Source of the DNA: Candidatus Liminaster caballi
GTDB lineage: Bacteria; Bacteroidota; Bacteroidia; Bacteroidales; UBA3663
Reading direction: 5' to 3'
NCBI GenBank assembly: GCA_018065085.1
Contig: JAGHUA010000061.1
Span: 8,991-72,990, forward strand
DNA: 64,000 nt
The notes below the pieces were generated by a model. The model saw only the letters and a list, made by a program, of their open reading frames with translations. It had not been told where the DNA came from and searched no databases. The translations under genes and the position numbers were made by a program. Below, in pieces: positions 34,761-44,237 of this stretch (position 1 is its first letter; each line of letters starts with the position of its first letter).

Positions 34761-35121
34761 TTGGTTACATCTAAGAGTTGGGAACTAACCAAAAAAAGTC
34801 TGGCGGTTAGATTTAAGACTTGGGAACTAACCAAAATAATGTTTTTGGTTAGAACTAAGAGTTGGGAACTAACCAAAATAATGTTCTTGGTTAGAGTTAA
34901 GAGTTGGGAACTAACCAAAATGGTGTGCTTTGGTTAGAACTAAGAGTTGGGAACTAACCAAAATAATGTTTTCGGTTAGAACTAAGAGTTGGGAACTAAC
35001 CAAAATAATGTTCTTGGTTAGAACTAAGAGTTGGGAACTAACCAAAATAATGTTTTCGGTTAGAACTAAGACTTGGGAACTAACCAAAATAATGTTCTTG
35101 GTTAGAACTAAGAGTTGGGAA
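34761..35121. repeat. Tandem array, 8.5 units of 42 bp (family B), each unit hairpin-forming
   Basis: Units start at 34761, 34803, 34845, 34887 (43 nt), 34930, 34972, 35014, 35056 and 35098 (truncated). Consensus TTGGTTAGAACTAAGAGTTGGGAACTAACCAAAATAATGTTC with the inverted repeat TTGGTTAG/CTAACCAA. Confidence 0.95.
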
Positions 35122-35135
35122 TAAGAAAAAATGGT

Positions 35136-36467
35136 TTATGCGAGCTCGATGTCGTGGAAGAAAAGAGTAGGGAAATAGCCGTCGGTTACTTTCTCGGTGT
35201 CGTTGGCTACTTCGGCAAGGTTCTGCCATAGGGAAAGGATGTTGCCGGTGATGTTCATACCGGCAATGCCTTGTATGCGTTCGCCATGACGGAAAAGCTG
35301 TGCCTCGATGCCGAACGAGAAGTCGCCGGTGGCCTCGTTGCTGTTGCCGCCAAGGAAACCTGTGATGAGAATGACGTCGGAAGGAGAAGAGTCGAGAATC
35401 TGCTGGCGAGAGCGAGTGCCTGGCTCGATGCAAAGGACATTGACACCGCTCAACGTAGGAGCGACTGACATCTTGCGGCTATAGTAAGTGCCAAAAAGAT
35501 AGGTGCAGAGACGTCCGTTGCGGATGATGTCGGTGGCAGAGGTACGCACACCCTCAAAGTCGAAGAGACAGGCTCCGTAAGCACCGTGATGCTGAGGTTC
35601 TTCGGTGATGGTGAGGATAGGAGAAGTGATGACAGAGTCGAGACGGTCGATGAGGAACGAGCGTTTCTGGTATAGGCTGTAGTCGGACATGGCATCGATG
35701 AGCGGACTTAACAGCTTCATGAGACATGTAGGCTCGACGGCAATAGTGTAACGGCCTGCAGGGACGGCACCTGAGCCAAGACGCCACAGGGCTGCATCGA
35801 GAGCCTTGCGACCGAGACCATCCAAAGCGGGCGAAAGACCTTTGAAGTCGATGGCATAGTCGAACCACCCGTCAGACGGACGAGAGTCGCCTTCGTCATG
35901 AAGGCTGACCGATGTGAAAGCATACGACTGACTGCAGAGACTCAGACCACGGAACCCCTGAGTGTCGGCAAGATATTGCCAGCCGCGACGATAGCCCAAT
36001 TGGGTAGAGACATTGATGATGCGACTGTCTGCACCAAGAATAGGAGCTCCGACAGAGAGTGCCATGGCAACAGGATCAAAGCGGTCATTGCCTTCCTCGG
36101 AATAATTGCCTAACGCAATGGCTTCAAGTCGGTTCTGCTGGAGCGATGAGGCCTGGTAGTATCTCTTTGGATCGGGCAGCGAACGGTCGGGGTCGGGTGT
36201 GAGAAGACGGGTGCAGGCAATGCCGCTGGAGATGAGCGAAAGAATCTCGCTGCGTTCAAGGCGGTTGGTGCTGTATGTGCCATAACGACCATCGACATAG
36301 AGACGCATGACGAGCGCACAGCTGCTGTTCTGCTGGAGGGTTGAGACCTCGGCATCGTCGCATTGCACATTGAGCATGTCGATGCAAGACAGTTCCACGC
36401 GGGCTGCCTGAGCGCCCATTGACAGGGCCTGGCTGATGGTCCAATCGGCTATATCGATGCGTTTCAT
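35136..36467 (-). CDS. pmbA: TldD/PmbA-family metalloprotease subunit (PmbA/TldE-like)
   Basis: 443 aa in the PmbA_TldD family pattern. Overlaps the tldD stop by 4 nt (ATGA). Confidence 0.8.
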   Translation of the reverse strand: MKRIDIADWTISQALSMGAQAARVELSCIDMLNVQCDDAEVSTLQQNSSCALVMRLYVDGRYGTYSTNRLERSEILSLISSGIACTRLLTPDPDRSLPDPKRYYQASSLQQNRLEAIALGNYSEEGNDRFDPVAMALSVGAPILGADSRIINVSTQLGYRRGWQYLADTQGFRGLSLCSQSYAFTSVSLHDEGDSRPSDGWFDYAIDFKGLSPALDGLGRKALDAALWRLGSGAVPAGRYTIAVEPTCLMKLLSPLIDAMSDYSLYQKRSFLIDRLDSVITSPILTITEEPQHHGAYGACLFDFEGVRTSATDIIRNGRLCTYLFGTYYSRKMSVAPTLSGVNVLCIEPGTRSRQQILDSSPSDVILITGFLGGNSNEATGDFSFGIEAQLFRHGERIQGIAGMNITGNILSLWQNLAEVANDTEKVTDGYFPTLFFHDIELA

Positions 36468-37870
36468 CCTACGGTGAGTTTATTGACTAAGACTGATGGC
36501 ATTCCGCATGAAACCGGACAGGTCTGTCCTTCCTTGCCGCACTGCCATGTGAATGGAGGAATGTAGAGGTTGTTGGCTACGCCACGGATGTCGGCAAGAG
36601 TCTGCGGACCGTTGCCGATGATGTTTACGTCCTTGATAGGCTGTGTGAGGCGACCGTTCTCAATAAGGTATCCGCTGCTGACGAAGAACGAATAGTCGCC
36701 GGCTCCGATCTGCACCTGACCGTTGCTGAGGTCGCACACATAGATGCCCTGCTTGACGTCGGCAATGAGATCCTGCTCGCGGCATGGACCGGAGAGCATG
36801 TAGGTGTTGCGCATACGGGGAATAGGAATGTGACGGAACGAATTGCGTCGTCCGTTGCCTGTAGGCTCGATGCCGAAATGGCGTGCCGAGATGCGGTCGT
36901 GAAGGAAACTGGTGAGACGTCCGTCGGTGACGATGTGTGTGCATTGCGACGGAACGCCCTCATCGTCGAAGTGTATTGAACCGCGCATCTGTGGAAGAGT
37001 GCCGTCATCGACGATGTTTATGGAAGGATCGCATATCTGACGACCCAGTGAGTCTGTGAAGATTGATTCGCCGCGACGAATGAAATCGGCCTCAAAGGCA
37101 TGACCAACGGCTTCATGCAGAAGTACACCGCTCGAACCGCTGCTCATCACCACGGGCATCTCGCCGCCACGTGCCTGAACGGCAGTAAGAGCGAAATGAA
37201 GTTTGTGGACGAGTCCGCTGACAACATCATCGAGCAGCTGAGGGGTGAGCATTGTGAGCGGACAGAGATACGAACGGCTCTCGTTGGCGCGTTCGGTGCG
37301 ACCCTCATGCCTGATGACAGCCGAGACAGACAAACTGGTGACAGGGCGTTCCTCCTCAGCAAGATGTCCGAAGCTGTTGAACACGGCAAATCGTTTGGTG
37401 CGATGGGCGATGTTGGCATTGAGGCTCACCACACGGCTCTCGGCCTGCATGACGGCATCGCGCAGCTGGTTGAGATAATCGACAAGATTGTGGATGTCAT
37501 CACCTGTGGGCTGGAATGTAAGACCTTCGTTGACGTAGAAATCAGGCGAATAATGGTGCGTCTCAACAGGAGGGACAGAGGCTGCTGTGTGTGTGGAGTT
37601 GCAGATTCGGGCAGCCTGACGTACGGCAGATAGGAGCGACTGAGGCGTGACGTCCTCGGTATAGGCATAACCTGTACGTTCGCCGGTAACGACACGGACA
37701 CCGGCACCATAGTCGATGTTCTGCGATGCACGGTTTTCGCCTCCGCTCAGCAGGCTGACCATGGTGGTGCAGCTGTGTTCGAAGTAGATGTCAACGTAGT
37801 CGGCGCCAAGGTTTAATCCTTCCTTGACAACAGTTCGGAGATCTTCTTCTGGAATTTGGAATTGCCGCAT
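36464..37870 (-). CDS. tldD: TldD-family metalloprotease
   Basis: 468 aa with the HExxxH-type site LHEAVGHAFEADF. Paired with pmbA. Confidence 0.85.
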   Translation of the reverse strand: MRQFQIPEEDLRTVVKEGLNLGADYVDIYFEHSCTTMVSLLSGGENRASQNIDYGAGVRVVTGERTGYAYTEDVTPQSLLSAVRQAARICNSTHTAASVPPVETHHYSPDFYVNEGLTFQPTGDDIHNLVDYLNQLRDAVMQAESRVVSLNANIAHRTKRFAVFNSFGHLAEEERPVTSLSVSAVIRHEGRTERANESRSYLCPLTMLTPQLLDDVVSGLVHKLHFALTAVQARGGEMPVVMSSGSSGVLLHEAVGHAFEADFIRRGESIFTDSLGRQICDPSINIVDDGTLPQMRGSIHFDDEGVPSQCTHIVTDGRLTSFLHDRISARHFGIEPTGNGRRNSFRHIPIPRMRNTYMLSGPCREQDLIADVKQGIYVCDLSNGQVQIGAGDYSFFVSSGYLIENGRLTQPIKDVNIIGNGPQTLADIRGVANNLYIPPFTWQCGKEGQTCPVSCGMPSVLVNKLTVG

Positions 37871-39225
37871 AGGTTCTGGAGTTTTTCATAATCGACCTTC
37901 AGATCGCGAAGGAGGAAATCGCGTCCTGCATTCTTCTCGGCAGCGCGCATATCGGTGATGGTGTGCCACTCGTTGCTGAAGAGTTCGGTATAGTCATAAC
38001 GGAAGTCGGTGCTGCCGTGAGTGTCGATGTCTTCGAGCAACTGTCCGAAACTATACTCACCGACAGGCTTGCCAGGAAGCCAGACGTGCTGTTCCTCCTT
38101 GCCCTTGTTGTCGATGGCTTCGTCGATCACATCAACATCGCGCAGATGAGAGACGATATTACCTGTCAGCTTGGAAGGCAGGTGAAGGATGAGGGAGATC
38201 TGTTCGGTGGTGAACTTGCGTTCGGGGAAACTGTTGTAGATGAGACCGCAAACCACGGCGCAGAGGAAGTCGTAGTAACGGCGCGAGATGTTCTGTGTGT
38301 CTTCCTCAAACTCGAAGTTCTTCATGTTCTGGGCTGCAAACGAGAGCTCTGCACCATAGAGACAGATGACCCAAGACATCTGGAGCCAGAGGAGGAGCAA
38401 CGGAAGGGCAGCAAACGAACCGTAGATGGCACTGTATTTCGACACCCAGATCTGTCCGTTGATATAGAGGTTCTGGAACGCAAGGAATCCGACGCCTGCC
38501 ACAGCACCAGCAACGAGGGCATTGGTGAATTTGACCTTGGCGTTAGGGATTACCATATAGACCAGCGTGAACACGATGATAATAAGGATGTATGGCACCC
38601 AACGGAGGATGAATCGCAGAGTGGCAGACAGAGTCTCGTCGAGGATGCCGCTGCTGAGGAAGGTGTGAGAGGCAATCTGAAGACCGCATACCAGGAAGAT
38701 GAGTATCGGGATGACGATCATAATGCTGAGATAGTCGGTGACCTTGCGCACCGTGCTTCGTCCCTTCTTCTGCTGCCAGATGCCATTGAACACAGCTTCG
38801 ATATTGCCGATAAGGCTGTAGATGACCCAGATGAGCATGACGATACCGAGTCCCATGATGACGCCGGTCTTAGCATGTTCGAGGTAACTGTCGGCAAAAC
38901 GGAAGATGTAGGTTATGGTCTCGTCCTGACCGGTCTCAGCATGTGCCAGGGATTCCTGAAGCAAATCCTGGACATTGAAGCCTTTGGCGATGCCGAGGAT
39001 CATGGCAAAGAGAGGAACGATGGAGAGCATCGTGTAATAGGTGAGGGCTGAGGCCTTCTCCATCATGCGGTCGGCAAGGAAGAAACGCACGGAGAGGAAG
39101 AGTGCCTTTATGATGCTGATGAAATAGCGAAATGTGCCTGAGACATTCTCTGCCGTCATTCGCCATACGTCGTAGGTCAGGAACTTGATGGCAAGCCTGA
39201 CAAGCGTTACTGGGTTTTTGGTCAT
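37813..39225 (-). CDS. YihY/BrkB-family membrane protein with a cytoplasmic C-terminal extension
   Basis: 470 aa. The KASALTYYTMLSIVPLFAMILGI motif and 6 TM helices are typical of YihY. The last 58 nt overlap the tldD start. Confidence 0.8.
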   Translation of the reverse strand: MTKNPVTLVRLAIKFLTYDVWRMTAENVSGTFRYFISIIKALFLSVRFFLADRMMEKASALTYYTMLSIVPLFAMILGIAKGFNVQDLLQESLAHAETGQDETITYIFRFADSYLEHAKTGVIMGLGIVMLIWVIYSLIGNIEAVFNGIWQQKKGRSTVRKVTDYLSIMIVIPILIFLVCGLQIASHTFLSSGILDETLSATLRFILRWVPYILIIIVFTLVYMVIPNAKVKFTNALVAGAVAGVGFLAFQNLYINGQIWVSKYSAIYGSFAALPLLLLWLQMSWVICLYGAELSFAAQNMKNFEFEEDTQNISRRYYDFLCAVVCGLIYNSFPERKFTTEQISLILHLPSKLTGNIVSHLRDVDVIDEAIDNKGKEEQHVWLPGKPVGEYSFGQLLEDIDTHGSTDFRYDYTELFSNEWHTITDMRAAEKNAGRDFLLRDLKVDYEKLQNLCGNSKFQKKISELLSRKD

Positions 39226-39292
39226 GGTAGTTGCGGATGGAATAACAAAAGATCGGTTCGTTTGACAAAGGGGAAATCACATCGATGAGTGA

Positions 39293-40174
39293 TCACTTAT
39301 CCATGGTGAGCGATGTGGTGCCAATGAGCTTGCCGTCAGCATAGACCTCGAACTGATAGCGGCCGGGATCGAGGGTTTCGTTGCGGTTCCAATAGAGAGT
39401 AACTGGCAGTTCGTCGCCACCGTATTCGATGGTCTTCTTCATGGAATACTGAACCATCGAACCGTCATACTTGAATGAGCCTGACTTGCTGTTGGTGAGC
39501 AGTTCCTCGCTTGGCTTGAGGATGCGGACGTAGATGTCCTTCTCGCCAGTCTGTGCGGTGACATTGGCTCCGACGGTGAAGGTCACAACAAAGAGAGTTG
39601 TGGACTTGAGCGATGTGGTCTTCTTGCTACGTTTGTTCTGAGCTTCGGCACGGAGACCTACGGCTGTGAGATGAGAGGCAATATCGACTTTCTGTTCGAG
39701 CTTCTTGTTCTGCTCCTTGAGATTGGCATTGGCATTGCTCACCTGACGAATCTGCTGGCGCACCTCCTTGTTTTCGGCCAGAAGAGCCTCGTTGACCTGA
39801 TTGAGCGAATCGACCTGAGCCACATAATAACGGAGAACGCCGCGCACCGTGGTAAGCTCTTTCTTGAGTTCGGCAATCTTGCGGGCATCTTCGGCTTTGG
39901 TCTGACGCAGCTCCTCGACAAGGCGCTGAATCTTGATGCGCTGATCCTCGAGCTTCTGTTCGAGCGAGTCGTTGTTGACCTCCAGACGATAGCCCTCATA
40001 CTGGATGGCAAGCTGGGTATATTCGTCGGCAAGCTCCTCTTTTTCGAGTGCGTACTGCTCGGTCAGAAATTCAACGGTGTCGCGCTGTGACTTGAGAGCC
40101 ACAACGAGCCATATAATGGCACCTACAAGTACGGCTCCGACAACACTCAGAATGATGATCTGTTTCTTATTCAT
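39293..40174 (-). CDS. Membrane-anchored coiled-coil protein, function unknown
   Basis: 293 aa with an N-terminal TM helix (IIILSVVGAVLVGAIIWLVVAL), ~130 aa of heptad-rich sequence and a beta-rich C-terminus. Confidence 0.55.
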   Translation of the reverse strand: MNKKQIIILSVVGAVLVGAIIWLVVALKSQRDTVEFLTEQYALEKEELADEYTQLAIQYEGYRLEVNNDSLEQKLEDQRIKIQRLVEELRQTKAEDARKIAELKKELTTVRGVLRYYVAQVDSLNQVNEALLAENKEVRQQIRQVSNANANLKEQNKKLEQKVDIASHLTAVGLRAEAQNKRSKKTTSLKSTTLFVVTFTVGANVTAQTGEKDIYVRILKPSEELLTNSKSGSFKYDGSMVQYSMKKTIEYGGDELPVTLYWNRNETLDPGRYQFEVYADGKLIGTTSLTMDK

Positions 40175-40201
40175 AGCTTCGTGATTAAGTCAATTTGGGC
40201 G

Positions 40202-40209
40202 CAAAGGTA
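40202..40209 (-). promoter_or_regulatory. Bacteroidetes -7 promoter box (TACCTTTG on the minus strand)
   Basis: The plus strand reads CAAAGGTA. Lies 28 nt upstream of the ATG at 40174. Confidence 0.45.
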
Positions 40210-40303
40210 CATAAAAAACATGAAATGAACGAATAATTGTTGTAAAATTTTAAAATGTGTGCAATTATTTTTGGATTTGTTTGGAAAATACAATGAATAT
40301 TTA

Positions 40304-40311
40304 TACCTTTG
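40304..40311 (+). promoter_or_regulatory. Bacteroidetes -7 promoter box (TACCTTTG)
   Basis: Matches TAnnTTTG 31 nt upstream of the ATG at 40342. Confidence 0.45.
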
Positions 40312-40341
40312 CCCGAAATATAATATAAATATTACGCTGAA

Positions 40342-40938
40342 ATGAAGATTAAAAAGTCAATATTGCTGATCTTTGTCAACATCATTCTGATGGTTGTCCT
40401 TGTGTTCGCCATAACCATATTCGTTATGCCGCAATGGTTGAACGACATCACAGGACACGGCATCGCGCGACGTGTGCCTAACGTCATCGGCCTTCAGTCA
40501 GACTATGCAGTGCAGAGCATTGCTGCTGCCGAACTCAATCCGATTGTCGTTGATACGGTCTATAGCGACGGACGTCAGCCGGGCGAGGTTATCGAACAGT
40601 TGCCTGAAGGCGGACTGCCTGTCAAGCCTCACCGACCGGTCTATCTGACCATCAATGCCTACAATGTGCGTCAGGTTACATTCCCAGATGTCATCCAGTG
40701 GTCAAGCCGACAGGCTCTGTCAATGTTGAAAGAGTTGAATTTTGTTGCCGACTCGGTGAAATACGAACCGTTTGAGTTCGACGACCTCGTGCTGTCCGTC
40801 ACCAGTCTTGAGACAGGAAAGGAAATGGAGGCGGGAACACAGTATCCAATACGTACTCATGTCGTGGTACATGTAGGAAGCACACAGGTGGAGATTGTGG
40901 CCGAGAACGACTCGATTGAAGAGACATTTTTTGAGTGA
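40342..40938 (+). CDS. PASTA-domain membrane protein
   Basis: 198 aa with an N-terminal TM helix and two PASTA-like units (VPNVIGLQSDYAVQSIAAAELNP...; FPDVIQWSSRQALSMLKELNF...). Overlaps the rluD start by 4 nt. Confidence 0.65.
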   Translation: MKIKKSILLIFVNIILMVVLVFAITIFVMPQWLNDITGHGIARRVPNVIGLQSDYAVQSIAAAELNPIVVDTVYSDGRQPGEVIEQLPEGGLPVKPHRPVYLTINAYNVRQVTFPDVIQWSSRQALSMLKELNFVADSVKYEPFEFDDLVLSVTSLETGKEMEAGTQYPIRTHVVVHVGSTQVEIVAENDSIEETFFE

Positions 40939-41978
40939 TGGAACTGTTCGAGCATTTCAGATTCGTGGCTGACAAGGGCCAGGGACTTATCCGTGTGGAC
41001 AAGTTTCTTGTGGATCGTATCGTAGGCACATCGCGCAACCGCATCCAGAAGGCAGCCGACGAAGGCTATATCCTCGTAAATGGCAAGCCTGAGAAAGTGA
41101 GTTACAAGGTGAAGCCATGTGATGTGGTGCAGGTTATGATGGACCGTCCGCGTCATTCGACCGAAATACTCCCAGAGGATATCCCATTGGACATCGTGTA
41201 TGAGGATCAGGACCTGCTCGTGGTCAATAAGCCTGCGGGAATGGTGGTTCATCCGGGTCATGGCAATTACACGGGCACACTTGTCAATGCCCTTGCTTTC
41301 CATCTGCAGAAGCAGGGCATCAGCTTCGATATGAGCGAAGAGGAAACTGAGAACGAAGACCAGACGCCGGACTATCAGAAAAGGGCTGGACTGGTGCATC
41401 GAATTGACAAGGAGACAAGCGGTCTGCTCGTGATTGCCAAGACCGATGATGCCGGTACGTCGTTGAGCCGTCAGTTCTTCCACAAGACAACACGCCGTCT
41501 CTACACAGCTCTGGTGTGGGGCCATGTAGATGCCGATGAGGGTGTCATTGAAGGAAACATTGGACGCAACAAGCGCGACAGGATTCTGATGGACTTCTAC
41601 CCGGCTGGCAGCGAAGAGGGCAAACCGGCAGTGACTCACTATCGCGTGCTGGAACGTCTTGGCTATGTGACGCTCGTGGAATGCCGTCTGGAAACAGGTC
41701 GCACGCATCAGATCAGGGTGCACATGAAGCATATCGGACACACGCTGTTCAACGACTCGACCTACGGAGGCAACCAGATACTGAAGGGAACGACCTTCGC
41801 CAAGTATTCGCAGTTTGTCAGGAATTGCTTCGAGACATGTCCGCGCCAGGCTCTGCATGCGAGGACTCTCGGATTCAAGCATCCAAGGACAGGCGAGGAG
41901 ATGGACTTTGAGGCACCTCTGCCGGCAGATATGCAACAGCTCGTGGAACGCTGGAGAAACTATATCTCGCAGCGCTGA
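40935..41978 (+). CDS. rluD: RluA/RluD-family 23S rRNA pseudouridine synthase
   Basis: 347 aa with an S4-like N-terminus (RVDKFL) and the catalytic motif HRIDKETSGLLVIAK. Confidence 0.85.
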   Translation: MMELFEHFRFVADKGQGLIRVDKFLVDRIVGTSRNRIQKAADEGYILVNGKPEKVSYKVKPCDVVQVMMDRPRHSTEILPEDIPLDIVYEDQDLLVVNKPAGMVVHPGHGNYTGTLVNALAFHLQKQGISFDMSEEETENEDQTPDYQKRAGLVHRIDKETSGLLVIAKTDDAGTSLSRQFFHKTTRRLYTALVWGHVDADEGVIEGNIGRNKRDRILMDFYPAGSEEGKPAVTHYRVLERLGYVTLVECRLETGRTHQIRVHMKHIGHTLFNDSTYGGNQILKGTTFAKYSQFVRNCFETCPRQALHARTLGFKHPRTGEEMDFEAPLPADMQQLVERWRNYISQR

Positions 41979-42020
41979 CACATATTGATCAGAACAATAA
42001 AACGATTATTGAATATAAAA

Positions 42021-43025
42021 ATGAAAAAACGTATAGCAATCATAGCAGGCGGCGACTCAAGCGAACACGTAGTCAGCCTGCGCAGCGCACAGGGCATCTG
42101 GAGCTTCCTGAATCACGATAAATACGATGTGTCGATTGTAGTGATGAAGGGTCAGGACTGGAAACTGGTGTCGTATGACGGCACAAACTATGACATGGAC
42201 CACACCTGGCCAATCGACCTCAATGACTTCAGTGCCATGGTCGATGGCGAGAAGAAACAGTTCGACTTTGCCTATATCATCATCCACGGCACACCGGGCG
42301 AGAACGGTCTCGTGCAGGGTTATTTCGACCTGATCGGAATGCCATACAGCTGCTGTGGCGTACTGGCTGCAGCCCTGACATGCAGCAAGTATTTCTGCAA
42401 CAAATACCTTTCGACCATGGGAATCCCTGTGGCAAAGAGCATCCTGCTGAACAAGGGCGAGAAGGTTTCGACCGACGACGCTGTGGCTCAGCTTGGACTG
42501 CCTATGTTCGTCAAGCCTAATTCCGGCGGATCGAGCTATGCTACCACGAAGGTTAAGACTGCCGATCAGCTTCAGCCTGCCATCATCGAGGCAATGAATG
42601 AGGCTACGGGAGAGGTGATCATCGAATCGTTTATGCAGGGCACGGAGATTACATGCGGCTGCTACAATTCGCGCGATGGCCTGCGTGCATTGCCAATCAC
42701 AGAGGTGGTGTCGAAGAAGGAATTTTTCGACCTTGATGCAAAATACAACGGTGCAGTGGAGGAGATCACACCTGCCCGTCTGAGTGAGGAACTGACTCTG
42801 CGTGTGCAGGAACTGACCAAACGCATTTACGGTTATGTCGGCGCAAAGGGCATCATCCGTGTGGATTATATCATCATCGACGGTGAGCCTCATCTGCTTG
42901 AGGTCAACACAACGCCTGGCATGACCGCCACATCGTTCATCCCACAGGAGGTGCGTGCCGCCGGTCTCGACATCAGCGATGTGATGGACGATGTAATCAA
43001 CTCATCATTGAATCTTAAAAAGTAA
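42021..43025 (+). CDS. ddl: D-alanine--D-alanine ligase
   Basis: The start MKKRIAIIAGGDSSEHVVSLRSA lies at 42021 (the ORF opens at 41985). ATP-grasp motifs are present, including EVNTTPGMT. Confidence 0.9.
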   Translation: MKKRIAIIAGGDSSEHVVSLRSAQGIWSFLNHDKYDVSIVVMKGQDWKLVSYDGTNYDMDHTWPIDLNDFSAMVDGEKKQFDFAYIIIHGTPGENGLVQGYFDLIGMPYSCCGVLAAALTCSKYFCNKYLSTMGIPVAKSILLNKGEKVSTDDAVAQLGLPMFVKPNSGGSSYATTKVKTADQLQPAIIEAMNEATGEVIIESFMQGTEITCGCYNSRDGLRALPITEVVSKKEFFDLDAKYNGAVEEITPARLSEELTLRVQELTKRIYGYVGAKGIIRVDYIIIDGEPHLLEVNTTPGMTATSFIPQEVRAAGLDISDVMDDVINSSLNLKK

Positions 43026-43049
43026 ACCAAACTCTAAACTTCATAAACC

Positions 43050-44204
43050 ATGGAACAGAACAAACATCCCGAATTTGAAGAGATCAGATGTTTCTATGAC
43101 GAAGATGTGCCATCGAAACTCTGGCCATTGGCAGACGAGCCTGCCATCGAACCATTTGTCAAGGCTGTGAAACCAGACCTTGACATGGATAAGTTCCGTA
43201 TGCAGGTCAAGTCGCTGCATACAATCAAGGATTTCCAGGAGAAGATCGTGGCTCAGTTCGTGCTCGGCCTGGCAAAACAGACAACCGATTCGCTCGAACT
43301 CAAGGGCACTGAAAATATCAAGGCTGGACGTGCCGCAACATATATCACTAACCATCGTGACATCGTGCTCGACTCTGCATTCCTTAACAGTATGCTGGCC
43401 GTGCAGGGTATGGATACAGCAGAGATTGCCATCGGCGACAACCTGCTGGCTTACGATTGGATCAAGGATCTGGTGCGCCTGAATAAGTCGTTCATCGTGT
43501 TGCGCAGCGTGCCTGTGCGTCAGATGCTGGAAGTCTCAAAGCGTCTCTCTGCATACATCCATTATACTATTAAGGAAAAGAAGAACCCAGTCTGGATTGC
43601 CCAGCGTGAGGGTCGAAGCAAGGACAGCAGCGACCAGACTCAGTCATCGGTAATTAAGATGCTGGCTATGGGCGGAGAAAGCCGTGACCTCATCCAGAAT
43701 ATCCGTCAGCTCAACTTCCAGCCTGTGGCATTGAGCTATGAGTTTGACCCATGCGATTATCTCAAGGCCCAGGAATTCCAGTTGAAGCGCGATAACCCGG
43801 AATGGAAGAAGACCAAGCAGGATGACCTCCTCAGCATGGCTACTGGCCTGCGTGGATACAAGGGACGTGTGGTATTCACTATCTGCCCGGAGATCAACGA
43901 TACGTTCGACACCTATCCATGGATCAATGATAAGAACGCTCAGGTCAATACCGTATGCCAGACCGTTGACAAGGCTCTCCATTCGCACATGGAACTCTTC
44001 CCAATCAACTATGTGGCTTATAACCTGAAGTACGAGACAGATAAGTATGCCGACAAATATACAGCCGAGGAGGAGAAGAAGGCACTTGCCTACCTCAACG
44101 GTCAGTTGGCAAAGATCCAGATTCCTAACCGCGATGAGGCCTTCCTTTGGGAGCGTCTGCTCACCATGTACAGCAATCCGGTGGTGAACAAGGAGAACGC
44201 ATAA
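43050..44204 (+). CDS. PlsC-family acyltransferase (lysophospholipid/glycerol acyltransferase-like)
   Basis: 384 aa with the HX4D motif NHRDIVLD and the downstream block WIAQREGRSKD. Confidence 0.7.
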   Translation: MEQNKHPEFEEIRCFYDEDVPSKLWPLADEPAIEPFVKAVKPDLDMDKFRMQVKSLHTIKDFQEKIVAQFVLGLAKQTTDSLELKGTENIKAGRAATYITNHRDIVLDSAFLNSMLAVQGMDTAEIAIGDNLLAYDWIKDLVRLNKSFIVLRSVPVRQMLEVSKRLSAYIHYTIKEKKNPVWIAQREGRSKDSSDQTQSSVIKMLAMGGESRDLIQNIRQLNFQPVALSYEFDPCDYLKAQEFQLKRDNPEWKKTKQDDLLSMATGLRGYKGRVVFTICPEINDTFDTYPWINDKNAQVNTVCQTVDKALHSHMELFPINYVAYNLKYETDKYADKYTAEEEKKALAYLNGQLAKIQIPNRDEAFLWERLLTMYSNPVVNKENA

Positions 44205-44237
44205 GTATTACGCACTAATAATTACATATAATATATC

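Noticed and set aside
34930-35124. 64-aa plus-strand ORF (MVRTKSWELTKIMF repeats) inside the second 42-bp array.
   Set aside because: Same reasoning as above. It has a TTG start inside a repeat unit and consists of repeat-derived periodic peptide. It lies between two convergent stop codons with no promoter.
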